Source of the DNA: a virus
DNA: 45,930 nucleotides
Reading direction: 5' to 3' (one strand)
Virus record (IMG/VR): IMGVR_UViG_3300025600_000009
Positions 23,018-31,420 of the stretch are shown one piece after another. Numbering within the stretch: position 1 is the first letter of the stretch; every line of letters starts with the position of its first letter. The notes beneath the pieces were generated by a model that had not been told where the DNA came from, did not search any database, and saw nothing but the letters and a program-made list of their open reading frames with translations. A program made the translations under genes and the position numbers.

Positions 23018-23989
23018 TTATTGTAAAATCAAGTTATCTTTATGAACCGCAGCAGTGATTGCTTTTCCAATTCCAATGACAATTCTGTCACCATTCACCT
23101 GGATCACATCATACATATTTTGATAAACTGAATTTGATAGTCCACCCCCAGTATATGAATTTGAACCTGACTTCACTTTGACTTTACTTCCAACCTGGAT
23201 TGTTTTACTTGCAGCAGGACTTGAAGAAACTGCTGATCCTGATTCGGTTGTAATGAAAGTGCTGAAACCTTTTGCTTTTAGTTTTGCAGCCATAGCATCT
23301 GCATTTGATTTCACACCGAATGCACCAACCTGGATCTTATATAACCCATCAGCCTGAATCATATAGGTGTCAAAACCTGCTGCTTTTACTTTTCCAAGTA
23401 ATGCATCCGCATTTGATTTGACAGAAAAAGCACCAGTCTGAACCCTGAATAATTCTCCAGGTGAAGGTGTCAATCTCTTATTTATTTCTGCTGCAATCTC
23501 ACCATGCTTGTTATACAGATAATCACCAGGGCATGACTTGTTTGCAAACCATCTGTGAACAGTCATGTTCTGCTTATCCACCTGACCAATTAAAGATTCA
23601 TCACCCTTCCAAAGAAGTTGATTGATACCATTTCTTTTGCAAATGTCAGTGACCAGGTTCAGAAGTGCAGCATAAGCTTTATCATTAACTGTATAAGGAT
23701 GTGTGGTATCACTTGCAACTTCAATGGTGATTGCTCTGTTATCATTGGAACTGGAAGAAGAACACCAAGACCTATCTTTTTCTTCACAATACATTCCAAT
23801 TCTGCCATCAGAACCAATGCCATAATTGCAAGAAGCCTGTCTTGAAGTTGGTGCAAATATATCACCAAGGGTTTCAACAGAACACTGACCAACCACACAA
23901 TGAATTGTGATGGTGTCAATCGCATGATTCCTTGGAATGGTTTTGTTTGGGGAAATTTTAGTGTAATTTACTAAAGGACTGTTACTCAT
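23018..23989 (-). CDS. Endolysin: N-acetylmuramoyl-L-alanine amidase (Amidase_2), two SPOR repeats and a C-terminal binding domain
   Basis: 323 aa. N-terminal amidase_2-like IDTITIHCVVGQ...NRAITIE. Duplicated FxVQxGAFxVKSNADA SPOR-like repeats. Confidence 0.85.
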   Translation of the reverse strand: MSNSPLVNYTKISPNKTIPRNHAIDTITIHCVVGQCSVETLGDIFAPTSRQASCNYGIGSDGRIGMYCEEKDRSWCSSSSSNDNRAITIEVASDTTHPYTVNDKAYAALLNLVTDICKRNGINQLLWKGDESLIGQVDKQNMTVHRWFANKSCPGDYLYNKHGEIAAEINKRLTPSPGELFRVQTGAFSVKSNADALLGKVKAAGFDTYMIQADGLYKIQVGAFGVKSNADAMAAKLKAKGFSTFITTESGSAVSSSPAASKTIQVGSKVKVKSGSNSYTGGGLSNSVYQNMYDVIQVNGDRIVIGIGKAITAAVHKDNLILQ

Positions 23990-24237
23990 TATTTTTCACT
24001 CTCACTTTCTGTTGTAGTTACTGCTGTGGTTGTTTCTGAATTGATCCTTGCAGCATCAACCATTCCTTCACCGATTATGTAAGCAATCAGCGTGGATGCT
24101 GCTGTGATCATTGCCACAACCTGTTCAATGGTCAGATTATTAACACCAAAAGCAACCATCATTGCAGTAATAAAACCAATCAATGCTGCCCAAAACTTCC
24201 TGCTTGTCAATTTCTGTTTCCAATTAATTTTGTTCAT
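23989..24237 (-). CDS. Holin (LL-H/phi-LC3-like)
   Basis: 82 aa. KLTSRKFWAALIGFITAMMVAFG plus a second transmembrane helix. Directly upstream of the endolysin. Confidence 0.7.
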   Translation of the reverse strand: MNKINWKQKLTSRKFWAALIGFITAMMVAFGVNNLTIEQVVAMITAASTLIAYIIGEGMVDAARINSETTTAVTTTESESEK

Positions 24238-24460
24238 TTATTTCACCTTTCCCTTCATCTTTTTTATTTACTTTACTTTTTTTAATGCTTGAAAGCATCC
24301 ACAATTCACCAGTTGTGAACCCAAACCAACAACCAATCAAAGTCATTGGTTCACTACCAACCTTTAAAAATACATAGAGAACAGCAACAGTAAAAAGCAT
24401 ATTTAAGAGGATCACTGTTGCCACGATTACTTTTGAAAATCTATTATTTTTATTCTTCAT
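24224..24460 (-). CDS. Two-TM membrane protein (holin/antiholin-like)
   Basis: ATG at 24460 with GGTGAAG ribosome-binding site. Two hydrophobic helices. Confidence 0.5.
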   Translation of the reverse strand: MKNKNNRFSKVIVATVILLNMLFTVAVLYVFLKVGSEPMTLIGCWFGFTTGELWMLSSIKKSKVNKKDEGKGEINEQN

Positions 24461-24764
24461 TAGCTTCACCATGTCTTTTGTAACTCTCAAAGGTATCAAG
24501 CCTTTTGTGTGCTTGTTTTGCTGATTCTTCAACCTTGATAATTCTTTCCCGGGTTTCTTTCAAGTCATTTTTCACATTGGTCATTTCTGCTTTAATTTCA
24601 GTAATACCATTACCAATGTTTTCAAGCTTCACAATAACTGTTGTCAACTGTGAAGCTTCATTTTTATCATCTGCCTTTTGATTTCTTTTCAAATTGGATA
24701 TACCTGAAAAGATGGCAAAGGCAAGTGAAATTCCTGAAATTAAAACTGCCACTTCAATTGTCAT
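24450..24764 (-). CDS. XhlA-like membrane/coiled-coil lysis-associated protein
   Basis: 104 aa. N-terminal transmembrane helix then a heptad-like coiled coil. Its position equals xhlA in PBSX order. Confidence 0.45.
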   Translation of the reverse strand: MTIEVAVLISGISLAFAIFSGISNLKRNQKADDKNEASQLTTVIVKLENIGNGITEIKAEMTNVKNDLKETRERIIKVEESAKQAHKRLDTFESYKRHGEANEE

Positions 24765-24886
24765 AAAAATAAATTCCCCCTTTCATGTGAGAACACATAA
24801 AACCCCTATCTGACAAGTCATATAACTGTCATATAGGGGTTTGTATTGTGTATTGGTATGTTTGTATGTCTTAATCTTTTGATTGT

Positions 24887-25015
24887 TTATTCTTCAATTA
24901 AATACTCACATTCCAGGTCAATCAAAACCTGTCTGACTTGATCTTTGATCCTGTCAGGAACTTCTGAAAAGGTTTTTACACCTTTAACAATTAAAGTTGC
25001 GTAAATAACAGCCAT
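24887..25015 (-). CDS. CD1375-like tiny protein (paralog 2)
   Basis: ATG at 25015. Translation MAVIYATLIVKGVKTFSEVPDRIKDQVRQVLIDLECEYLIEE. Paralogous to 25053-25166. Confidence 0.55.
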   Translation of the reverse strand: MAVIYATLIVKGVKTFSEVPDRIKDQVRQVLIDLECEYLIEE

Positions 25016-25052
25016 ATCTTTCACATCCTTTCTATAAAAAAATAATATAAAT

Positions 25053-25166
25053 CTAAGCAATTGGATCACTGTCCAATAATGCTTGAACTTCTGCCTTGAT
25101 CCTTTCAGGAACTTCATCAATTGTCTTTAATCCTTTACGGATTAGATCAGCATATACTTTTACCAT
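25053..25166 (-). CDS. CD1375-like tiny protein (paralog 1; below the ORF-track cutoff)
   Basis: Hand translation MVKVYADLIRKGLKTIDEVPERIKAEVQALLDSDPIA. TAG stop at 25053-25055. Confidence 0.55.
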   Translation of the reverse strand: MVKVYADLIRKGLKTIDEVPERIKAEVQALLDSDPIA

Positions 25167-25169
25167 TCC

Positions 25170-25430
25170 TTACACCATCCCTTCATATAGTTCAACCAAA
25201 GCAAGCTGTGTGTCTGTGACTTGTGCTTCCAAGCTTTGGTTCTTTTCAGCTATGATCTTGATGTATTCATCTTTTTCATACTGGATCATGTCATACTCAA
25301 AACCATTGAAAGCTTCTTCACCAACAACTTCTTCCACTGGAACAATGTTTGAATTGATCCAAACATTTACTTCATCAACCACCATTGGTTGGGGTTGGAC
25401 TGTGCTTCTTACTTTTCCATAATCTTTCAT
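25170..25430 (-). CDS. XkdW-like small acidic protein
   Basis: 86 aa. The start overlaps the RT stop. C-terminal TDTQLALVELYE and the position after the tail fibre resemble xkdW-type genes. Confidence 0.4.
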   Translation of the reverse strand: MKDYGKVRSTVQPQPMVVDEVNVWINSNIVPVEEVVGEEAFNGFEYDMIQYEKDEYIKIIAEKNQSLEAQVTDTQLALVELYEGMV

Positions 25431-26494
25431 TTGAACATTCCACCTTTCATATAAATATTTTTAAGATAATAATTGATTGCAAACTGTTGAATTGGTTCAA
25501 CATATTTCTTACTTAACCTATAACTATTACAATGGATCAACCATCCTTTGTATGAATTAAATGAACACCATTCAGAATAAGTCATTTCTATTCCTTCAAT
25601 CTGCTTTTTATTTAAAGCAATCATTTTTCTTTTGAATTGCTTGCAGGTTGATTTCCTAAGAAGTTTGTAATTCATGAATGTTCTGTATCCAACAAAATCA
25701 ATCCCACGAACATATGTGGGGAACACTTGCCAGTTTTCTTTGATTTTCAACTTTAATTTCTTTCTGAAATATTGATCAATTTCATTTTTCAGTTGATGAA
25801 GTTCTTCTTTGGTGCTTCCCAGGATCACAATATCATCCATGTATCTGAAATAATGCTTCACACGTTTCACTTCCTTGATCCAGTGGTCAAATTCTGAAAA
25901 ATAATAGTTCCCACTATACTGTGAAAGATAATTTCCAATAGGAATTCCTTTGTTCCCAGGTGTCGAATCAATAATTTCATCAAGCAACCAAAGAAGATCC
26001 GCATCCTTGAACAGCTTTCTGTATTTGGTTTTTAAAATATCATGATTGATAGATGGATAATACTTTTTACCATCTAACTTCAAACAATACTGTGATCCGG
26101 GAACATCATGCTGCACTGCATCATTTAATCTGTTCAAACAAAGATGAATTCCCTTTCCAGGTATTGCTGAATAGGTGTCATTAGTAAGATTTTTCAGCAG
26201 GATTGGTTCAATGATCTGTAATATTGCCCACTGACAAATTCTATCAGGGAAGTATGGTAATTTATATATTTCTCTATCTTTTCCACTATCGTGTTTTATA
26301 AAAGTTTCATATTTTGAAGTTTGGTATGTTTTATTGATCAACATTTCTCGAAGTAACCCAAAATAATATTCAGGGTTTTGATCAACCATTTTTACTTCTG
26401 TATACCATCCTTTTCCTTTCTTTGCATTTTGATGTGCAAGTTTTAGGTTGTCCATGTCGCAAATCTTCTCATATAAATGTCCGTATTTTTTCAT
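25427..26494 (-). CDS. DGR-type reverse transcriptase
   Basis: 355 aa. RT motifs LKLDGKKYYPSINH, GIPIGNYLSQ (the DGR-typical ...SQ), YMDD, GIDFVGY. An adjacent TR/VR pair is present. Confidence 0.9.
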   Translation of the reverse strand: MKKYGHLYEKICDMDNLKLAHQNAKKGKGWYTEVKMVDQNPEYYFGLLREMLINKTYQTSKYETFIKHDSGKDREIYKLPYFPDRICQWAILQIIEPILLKNLTNDTYSAIPGKGIHLCLNRLNDAVQHDVPGSQYCLKLDGKKYYPSINHDILKTKYRKLFKDADLLWLLDEIIDSTPGNKGIPIGNYLSQYSGNYYFSEFDHWIKEVKRVKHYFRYMDDIVILGSTKEELHQLKNEIDQYFRKKLKLKIKENWQVFPTYVRGIDFVGYRTFMNYKLLRKSTCKQFKRKMIALNKKQIEGIEMTYSEWCSFNSYKGWLIHCNSYRLSKKYVEPIQQFAINYYLKNIYMKGGMFK

Positions 26495-26640
26495 TTATGA
26501 ACTTCCTTTGTATGCACTATTAAACCGAACCTTCAACCTTTGAATAAATTTCAAAGTTTACCAATACAGTTCAAATTTATTTTTATGTTTTGCCAAGGGG
26601 CAGGGCAATCAAAGTTTCACATTTTGTTTGTATTCAATGC

Positions 26641-26760
26641 ATTTATCAAGTGACTGCTGATATTCCGATTACGATTAGAAGAAGAATTATTCACATTCCA
26701 ATAGAAACTACCACTATTAGACGAATTATTCCAATTACTGCCTAATTGAGTGATTAACTA
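26641..26760 (-). repeat. DGR template repeat (TR), about 120 bp, non-coding
   Basis: Aligns to 26863-26982 at a constant offset of 222 nt. Rich in AAT/AAC codons in the VR frame (..GSNWNNSSNSGSFYWNVNNSSSNRNRN..). Its first in-frame codon is TAG. Confidence 0.85.
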
Positions 26761-26844
26761 AAAATGGTTTGTTTTTAAGCTTCTTTTGTTGTATCAACAC
26801 CTTTGACTGCCCAAGATCTATTTCAATTTAATAATTATATTTGT

Positions 26845-28899
26845 TTATGCTGCATCAGGTACATACACCAAGCGACCGCCGAAACCCCGATGACGATACG
26901 AAGAAGAATTAATCACACTCCAACAGAAACCACCACCAGTAGACGAATAAGCCCAACTACCGCCCAATAGAGCGATAAACCAGGAAGCAGAAGTATGTGC
27001 TTGATATAAGTAATCACCAACTGGAAGTGCTGTATCACCTGTTGTTTCACTTGCAAAGAATAGCCAATCAAATTCTTCATTGTATGCAAAAGCTGAAATA
27101 TAACCATTTGCCCTTGAAATGGTTATTCCTGAATCTTTGTATGGATCAGCACTGATGTTATCAACAAATCCATGATCTGCAACATATAAACTGTTTTCGT
27201 TATATGCATAAATATTCAGACCATCAACAAACTTGTAAATATTCATCCAAAAGTTTTCTTCACCACGATATGAAACAGATCCATTTGCAACCGCACCTGA
27301 TGAATTACCAAGTAATGTTGTTGCACCAGTAGGTTCAGACATATTGGTTGTACCATCATCAGTTTTCATGACACCCATTCCAATCTTGGATTGTGTATTC
27401 ATGGAAGCATATTCAATTGTGAATAGAAGCTGTGTTGCTGCAACTGTTGCTGCATAAGCCTGATTCCATCCTGCACCACGATTGTTTGCAATGATCCTTG
27501 TCTTTGCCCTGGTCATGTCTTGAGTCACTCCACTTGCAGGTTTTGCATAAGCAATGGATGAAAGTATGTCACCAGTTGAAGCAGTGAAGTCTGCAATCTG
27601 TTCATCAGCTAATAAATAAGCAAGTGATGTTTTGTCATATACTGAACCTTCATATGCTGAAAGATATATGAAGTTCTTTTCTTTACCATTATGGATGAAA
27701 GCCGGGTGAAGTTTGAAGCCTGTTTTCTTCACATCAGAAACATAATATCTTGCTTTTCTCATGTGGAAGCCTTTTGCAACCTTACCTGAAAGGGTCTTTG
27801 TAACTGTTGCAGTCACACCTGTTGTTCCACCACTGAATGTTGCTGTGACCTTTTCACCAGTTGCAAGTGCTGTGAATGTTACTGATGCACCTGATCCACC
27901 AGTTGTCCAACCTGCAAATGCTGCTGCTCTGATCTTGGTTGCAACCAATGTTGTTGTGTTGTCTGTTGTAGCAACTGCCACTGTGAAATCTTTACCATCA
28001 AGATTTATTGTCACATTTCCATCTGCTGTTGGAACTGCTGTCACTGCAATTGTATTGACTTCTTTATATTCAATCTTTTCAAGCTTTAATGGTACAACCT
28101 TATAGTAAAATCTTGGTTGTTCAACCATAACTTGAACTGGATGATTTACTGGATAAGTCACACCATTTTTAATAACTGCTTGTGCCAGTTTTCCTATTTC
28201 CACATATGCTGCATCACCATAATAAGCAAGAACCTTTCCATCATCAGTGACATTGCATCTTTTTCTTCCACCAAATGCCTTGATATTATCAAACATTGCA
28301 CCTGCTGTTCTATTGACTGCACCTGCAAGCCTTGTGAATGTCTTACTTACAAAGTCAACTTCAACACCAAAAATGTCAGCATCAGTGTATCCAACATATG
28401 ATTGAAGATCTGAAATTTGATTCTGTAAGTCTGTAATATTTCCGATTGTCGCAACTGCACCTGGATCAACATTCAGTGAAACACTTGAAGCATTTGAAAC
28501 AGTTGTAACCAGTTTGAAGAATGCACCTGAAACTGTGATCCCATTGTATGGGGGCATGTAACCTGCAACACTTGCAATGGTAACTGCATAAAGAATTTCA
28601 CCATCCTGTGGATCAAGGGCAAAAAGTCCGATTGCTCTCATGTAGTAACCAGTCACAACACCAGTATTTGTGATTGCACCTTCAATCTGAACAGCAACAT
28701 CATTGGTTCTGATTACCTTGCTGACCAAAGTGGTTTGCTTTACTCCTGATAATGCTGTGAGTGCTTGAAGTTGTGCATCAGTGTATGTTGTATCTGAAAC
28801 ATTGATCTTTGTAAACTGAACATTTCCTGTTCCTGCAAGCATCTTTGCCATAAGTGCTTGACCTTTGTTTGTAATAATTAACTGCTTAAATTCAGCCAT
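26845..28899 (-). CDS. Tail fibre / receptor-binding protein with C-terminal DGR-diversified lectin-like domain
   Basis: 684 aa. N-terminus MAEFKQLIITNKGQALMAK...QFTKI resembles tail-fibre N-terminal domains. The C-terminus LLGGSWAYSSTGGGFCWSVINSSSYRHRGFGGRLVY is a typical DGR VR scaffold. Confidence 0.85.
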   Translation of the reverse strand: MAEFKQLIITNKGQALMAKMLAGTGNVQFTKINVSDTTYTDAQLQALTALSGVKQTTLVSKVIRTNDVAVQIEGAITNTGVVTGYYMRAIGLFALDPQDGEILYAVTIASVAGYMPPYNGITVSGAFFKLVTTVSNASSVSLNVDPGAVATIGNITDLQNQISDLQSYVGYTDADIFGVEVDFVSKTFTRLAGAVNRTAGAMFDNIKAFGGRKRCNVTDDGKVLAYYGDAAYVEIGKLAQAVIKNGVTYPVNHPVQVMVEQPRFYYKVVPLKLEKIEYKEVNTIAVTAVPTADGNVTINLDGKDFTVAVATTDNTTTLVATKIRAAAFAGWTTGGSGASVTFTALATGEKVTATFSGGTTGVTATVTKTLSGKVAKGFHMRKARYYVSDVKKTGFKLHPAFIHNGKEKNFIYLSAYEGSVYDKTSLAYLLADEQIADFTASTGDILSSIAYAKPASGVTQDMTRAKTRIIANNRGAGWNQAYAATVAATQLLFTIEYASMNTQSKIGMGVMKTDDGTTNMSEPTGATTLLGNSSGAVANGSVSYRGEENFWMNIYKFVDGLNIYAYNENSLYVADHGFVDNISADPYKDSGITISRANGYISAFAYNEEFDWLFFASETTGDTALPVGDYLYQAHTSASWFIALLGGSWAYSSTGGGFCWSVINSSSYRHRGFGGRLVYVPDAA
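26863..26982 (-). repeat. DGR variable repeat (VR) at the 3' end of the tail-fibre gene
   Basis: 28 mismatches to the TR by hand alignment. 27 lie where the TR has T on the plus strand (A on the coding strand). One is a synonymous non-A change (26677 vs 26899). Confidence 0.85.
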
Positions 28900-28942
28900 G
28901 TTTTATTTTCCACCTTTCGTTTATTTGATTTCATTTTAAATT

Positions 28943-29560
28943 TTAATAAGTTGTAACTTGTGCTGTTCCGATATATCCACCACCAATGATTGAAGATCCT
29001 TGAATATTGAATTCAGCTTTGAACGAATCCGATAATTCAAAGAGTTCACAAAATGCCATTCCTGCTGCAATTATTCCAAATCCAAAACTATTGCAATATA
29101 TTTCATTACTGGATGTTATTTCTAAGTTCCCAGGAATCATGAACCCAAATAAATACTGTAATTCATCAACCTGACCAGGAAGTTCAAGGTGGGTGATGAT
29201 CTCCATTTTGTATTCATTAAAATTTTTATTAACTGTGAAGTTGATCCCATTACACAAAATTATCATCTTTTGAATAAATGCAGTATAAGTGTAGGGAACA
29301 ACATCATTCCACCTGGTCAGAACCCTTGAAATTCTTGATTCAAGGGTGTCATCTGCCAGGGTATTAATATTTAATATACTTTCAAATTTTGCAATTCCAA
29401 TCAAATTGCTTGTTTCAATGAATTGGTTATTTTTAATAATTTCACTTTCATCTGCTGCCATTTGAAATTCAGGGTTTTCAGCATCCATGATCTGTTGAAT
29501 TTCCCTATATTCCTGAATAAATAGTGGAAGGTATTGAATCAAGTTTACATCCCTGATCAT
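28943..29560 (-). CDS. Baseplate/tail protein, DUF2313 (YmfQ/XkdU-like)
   Basis: 205 aa. N-terminus LIQYLPLFIQEYREIQQIMDAENPEF is typical of this family. Follows baseplate J. Confidence 0.6.
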   Translation of the reverse strand: MIRDVNLIQYLPLFIQEYREIQQIMDAENPEFQMAADESEIIKNNQFIETSNLIGIAKFESILNINTLADDTLESRISRVLTRWNDVVPYTYTAFIQKMIILCNGINFTVNKNFNEYKMEIITHLELPGQVDELQYLFGFMIPGNLEITSSNEIYCNSFGFGIIAAGMAFCELFELSDSFKAEFNIQGSSIIGGGYIGTAQVTTY

Positions 29561-30618
29561 GCAGTAACACCACCCATCACTGGAATTTGATATTCAGATA
29601 GAAGAAGGTTGGAATCCAAACCATTGATCTTTGTATCTGCAATATCAATGACCCCTTGAACCCCTAAGATCCTGGTGTCCATCTGTGCTGTTCTCACAAC
29701 AAGATTTGTTTGGGTTGACCAATCCTTTCTAAGTTCAAGAAGATAAGCTTCAATCACTGATTCAATCTGTGTTTTCAAACTCGCAAAGGAATATCCATCA
29801 TCAAAGGTTATTGTTGATGAAACATTCACTGTGATTTCTTCTGCTGTGTCAACTGTGACTATATGACCAATAGGGGCAACCCCAAGACCTTGACCATCTT
29901 GTGTTGGATCAATTTCATTTTGAACTGTTTCAATCAAAGTTGAACTTCCAATGTCGAAGTTTGAATTCAAGATTGTCAACTTGACCGTTCCACCCCCATT
30001 CCATATTGGTGTGACTTTGGTTGATCCAACACCTGCAATTGCATTTGTCTTTTCAACATAATCCTTTTTATTTCCACCATATGGTTTTGTATCGAATGAA
30101 GCAAAGTATCTGATCCGCAGATCTTCTGTTTCTTCTTCATCTTCACCCGGGATCAGAAGTTCAGTAAGCTGTGCAGTTTCCAGTCCATCAATATATTCAA
30201 TTGGAATAAGATCCCCAAAGTATTGATTTCCTTTCACACCAACTTCTTCACATTCAACCTGGTAAACACCATCAGAAATTTTTTCTTTCACATAATAGTT
30301 CAAATCATTCAAATTGAACCTTGAACCAATTGAAAGGTTGATGCTTGAAGGTGTGAATTCACCTTTCAGTAGGGCATAAGTTGCAGCATATGGTTTTATC
30401 CCTCTTTCCGCTGCCCTTCTGATCAGGTATTCCCTGGAAGCTGTGTCACCAAAAGTTTCTTTCAGGATGATGTCAAATTCTATATACATCAATTGAAGTT
30501 CAATAGCAGCAGGGGCAAGTGCATCATATATGATTGAACCTTCCCTTTTGTTTAAGTTGTTTGAAACCCTGTCAAGCATTCTTTGAAGTATAACTTCATA
30601 GGTTATTGATTCGTACAT
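29557..30618 (-). CDS. Baseplate J-like protein (XkdT-like)
   Basis: 353 aa. N-terminus YESITYEVILQRMLDRV...EGSIIYDALAPAAIEL. Position in the baseplate block. Confidence 0.7.
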   Translation of the reverse strand: MYESITYEVILQRMLDRVSNNLNKREGSIIYDALAPAAIELQLMYIEFDIILKETFGDTASREYLIRRAAERGIKPYAATYALLKGEFTPSSINLSIGSRFNLNDLNYYVKEKISDGVYQVECEEVGVKGNQYFGDLIPIEYIDGLETAQLTELLIPGEDEEETEDLRIRYFASFDTKPYGGNKKDYVEKTNAIAGVGSTKVTPIWNGGGTVKLTILNSNFDIGSSTLIETVQNEIDPTQDGQGLGVAPIGHIVTVDTAEEITVNVSSTITFDDGYSFASLKTQIESVIEAYLLELRKDWSTQTNLVVRTAQMDTRILGVQGVIDIADTKINGLDSNLLLSEYQIPVMGGVTA

Positions 30619-31022
30619 TAAATATTCACCACCTTTTCCAAATTAATATCACCAAATATTGTGTGTGCTGTGAAAGTCACTTGAACCTTCCTTTTCTTAC
30701 TTACATCAAAAGAAAAACCATCAACTGATATAATTCTTTCATCTTGGGTCAATGCTTCTGTGATCCTTCTTTCCAGTTCCGGGCATACATAAGTGACTGG
30801 TTCACCGAATAGATCAATTGTTTCAATTCCATAGTTCCAGGAATAAATTATATATTGATACCTTTCAGTGTTCAGGATCTTATAACTTTCTTGTTTCATT
30901 GCTTCCAGTTCATCAGCATATCCATTGATAAACTGTTTTTCTAATTGCATTTTATGTGTTTTGCTTGGTTGTAACTCAATTTCAAAATCTTCTGTTAGAA
31001 ATCCATTTATTCCAGGTATCAT
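30618..31022 (-). CDS. Baseplate wedge small protein (XkdS/DUF2634-like)
   Basis: 134 aa. Called from gene order in the PBSX-like baseplate block. Confidence 0.5.
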   Translation of the reverse strand: MIPGINGFLTEDFEIELQPSKTHKMQLEKQFINGYADELEAMKQESYKILNTERYQYIIYSWNYGIETIDLFGEPVTYVCPELERRITEALTQDERIISVDGFSFDVSKKRKVQVTFTAHTIFGDINLEKVVNI

Positions 31023-31420
31023 GTTATCACCCTATCCATTACAATATATCTTTGTCCACCTTGCATCTGTATCAACAAAACTTCATCACCGACAACCAAG
31101 CCATTATGAACAGTGAAAAGTTTTTTTCCTTGATATGCATGATTATGTGAAGCAAAGGAAGCTTCACCGCTGCCACCACTTGTATTTTCAGTTACATGGT
31201 CAACAGTCATTGAAACTTCATAATCTGTCACGTTCCTTGTCAGCACCAGTTGTGCAGAAGTCAATGTCAGCTTTTGTTCCACACTGATCTTCAATGGGGA
31301 AGTGCTGATGACCTTTCCATATACAACAGCAGTTGGTTTGGATGCCATAACTGCTTCAACTGATACTCTTTTTATGGTATTTAGTAGATCATTAAAATCA
31401 TGCAACAAATTCACCCCCAC
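31019..31420 (-). CDS. Baseplate spike/hub accessory protein (XkdR/DUF2577-like)
   Basis: 133 aa. Called from gene order. Confidence 0.45.
   Translation of the reverse strand: MGVNLLHDFNDLLNTIKRVSVEAVMASKPTAVVYGKVISTSPLKISVEQKLTLTSAQLVLTRNVTDYEVSMTVDHVTENTSGGSGEASFASHNHAYQGKKLFTVHNGLVVGDEVLLIQMQGGQRYIVMDRVIT

Larger units (their letters stand above)
25427..26982 (-). mobile_element. Diversity-generating retroelement cassette (VR, TR, RT)
   Basis: See the RT, TR and VR features. Order in the direction of transcription is target 3' end (VR), 102-nt gap, TR, 146-nt spacer, RT. Confidence 0.85.

Noticed and set aside
25170-25430. The 86-aa ORF after the RT as the DGR accessory protein Avd
   Set aside because: It is acidic rather than basic and shorter than typical Avd. 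Its C-terminus and genomic position resemble xkdW-type tail-module genes. It is kept only as an open possibility.
25427-26494. The RT as a retron or group II intron reverse transcriptase
   Set aside because: There is no msr/msd-like inverted-repeat ncRNA and no intron RNA domains or maturase/endonuclease extensions. Instead there is a TR/VR pair with adenine-specific differences and the DGR-type ...SQ motif.
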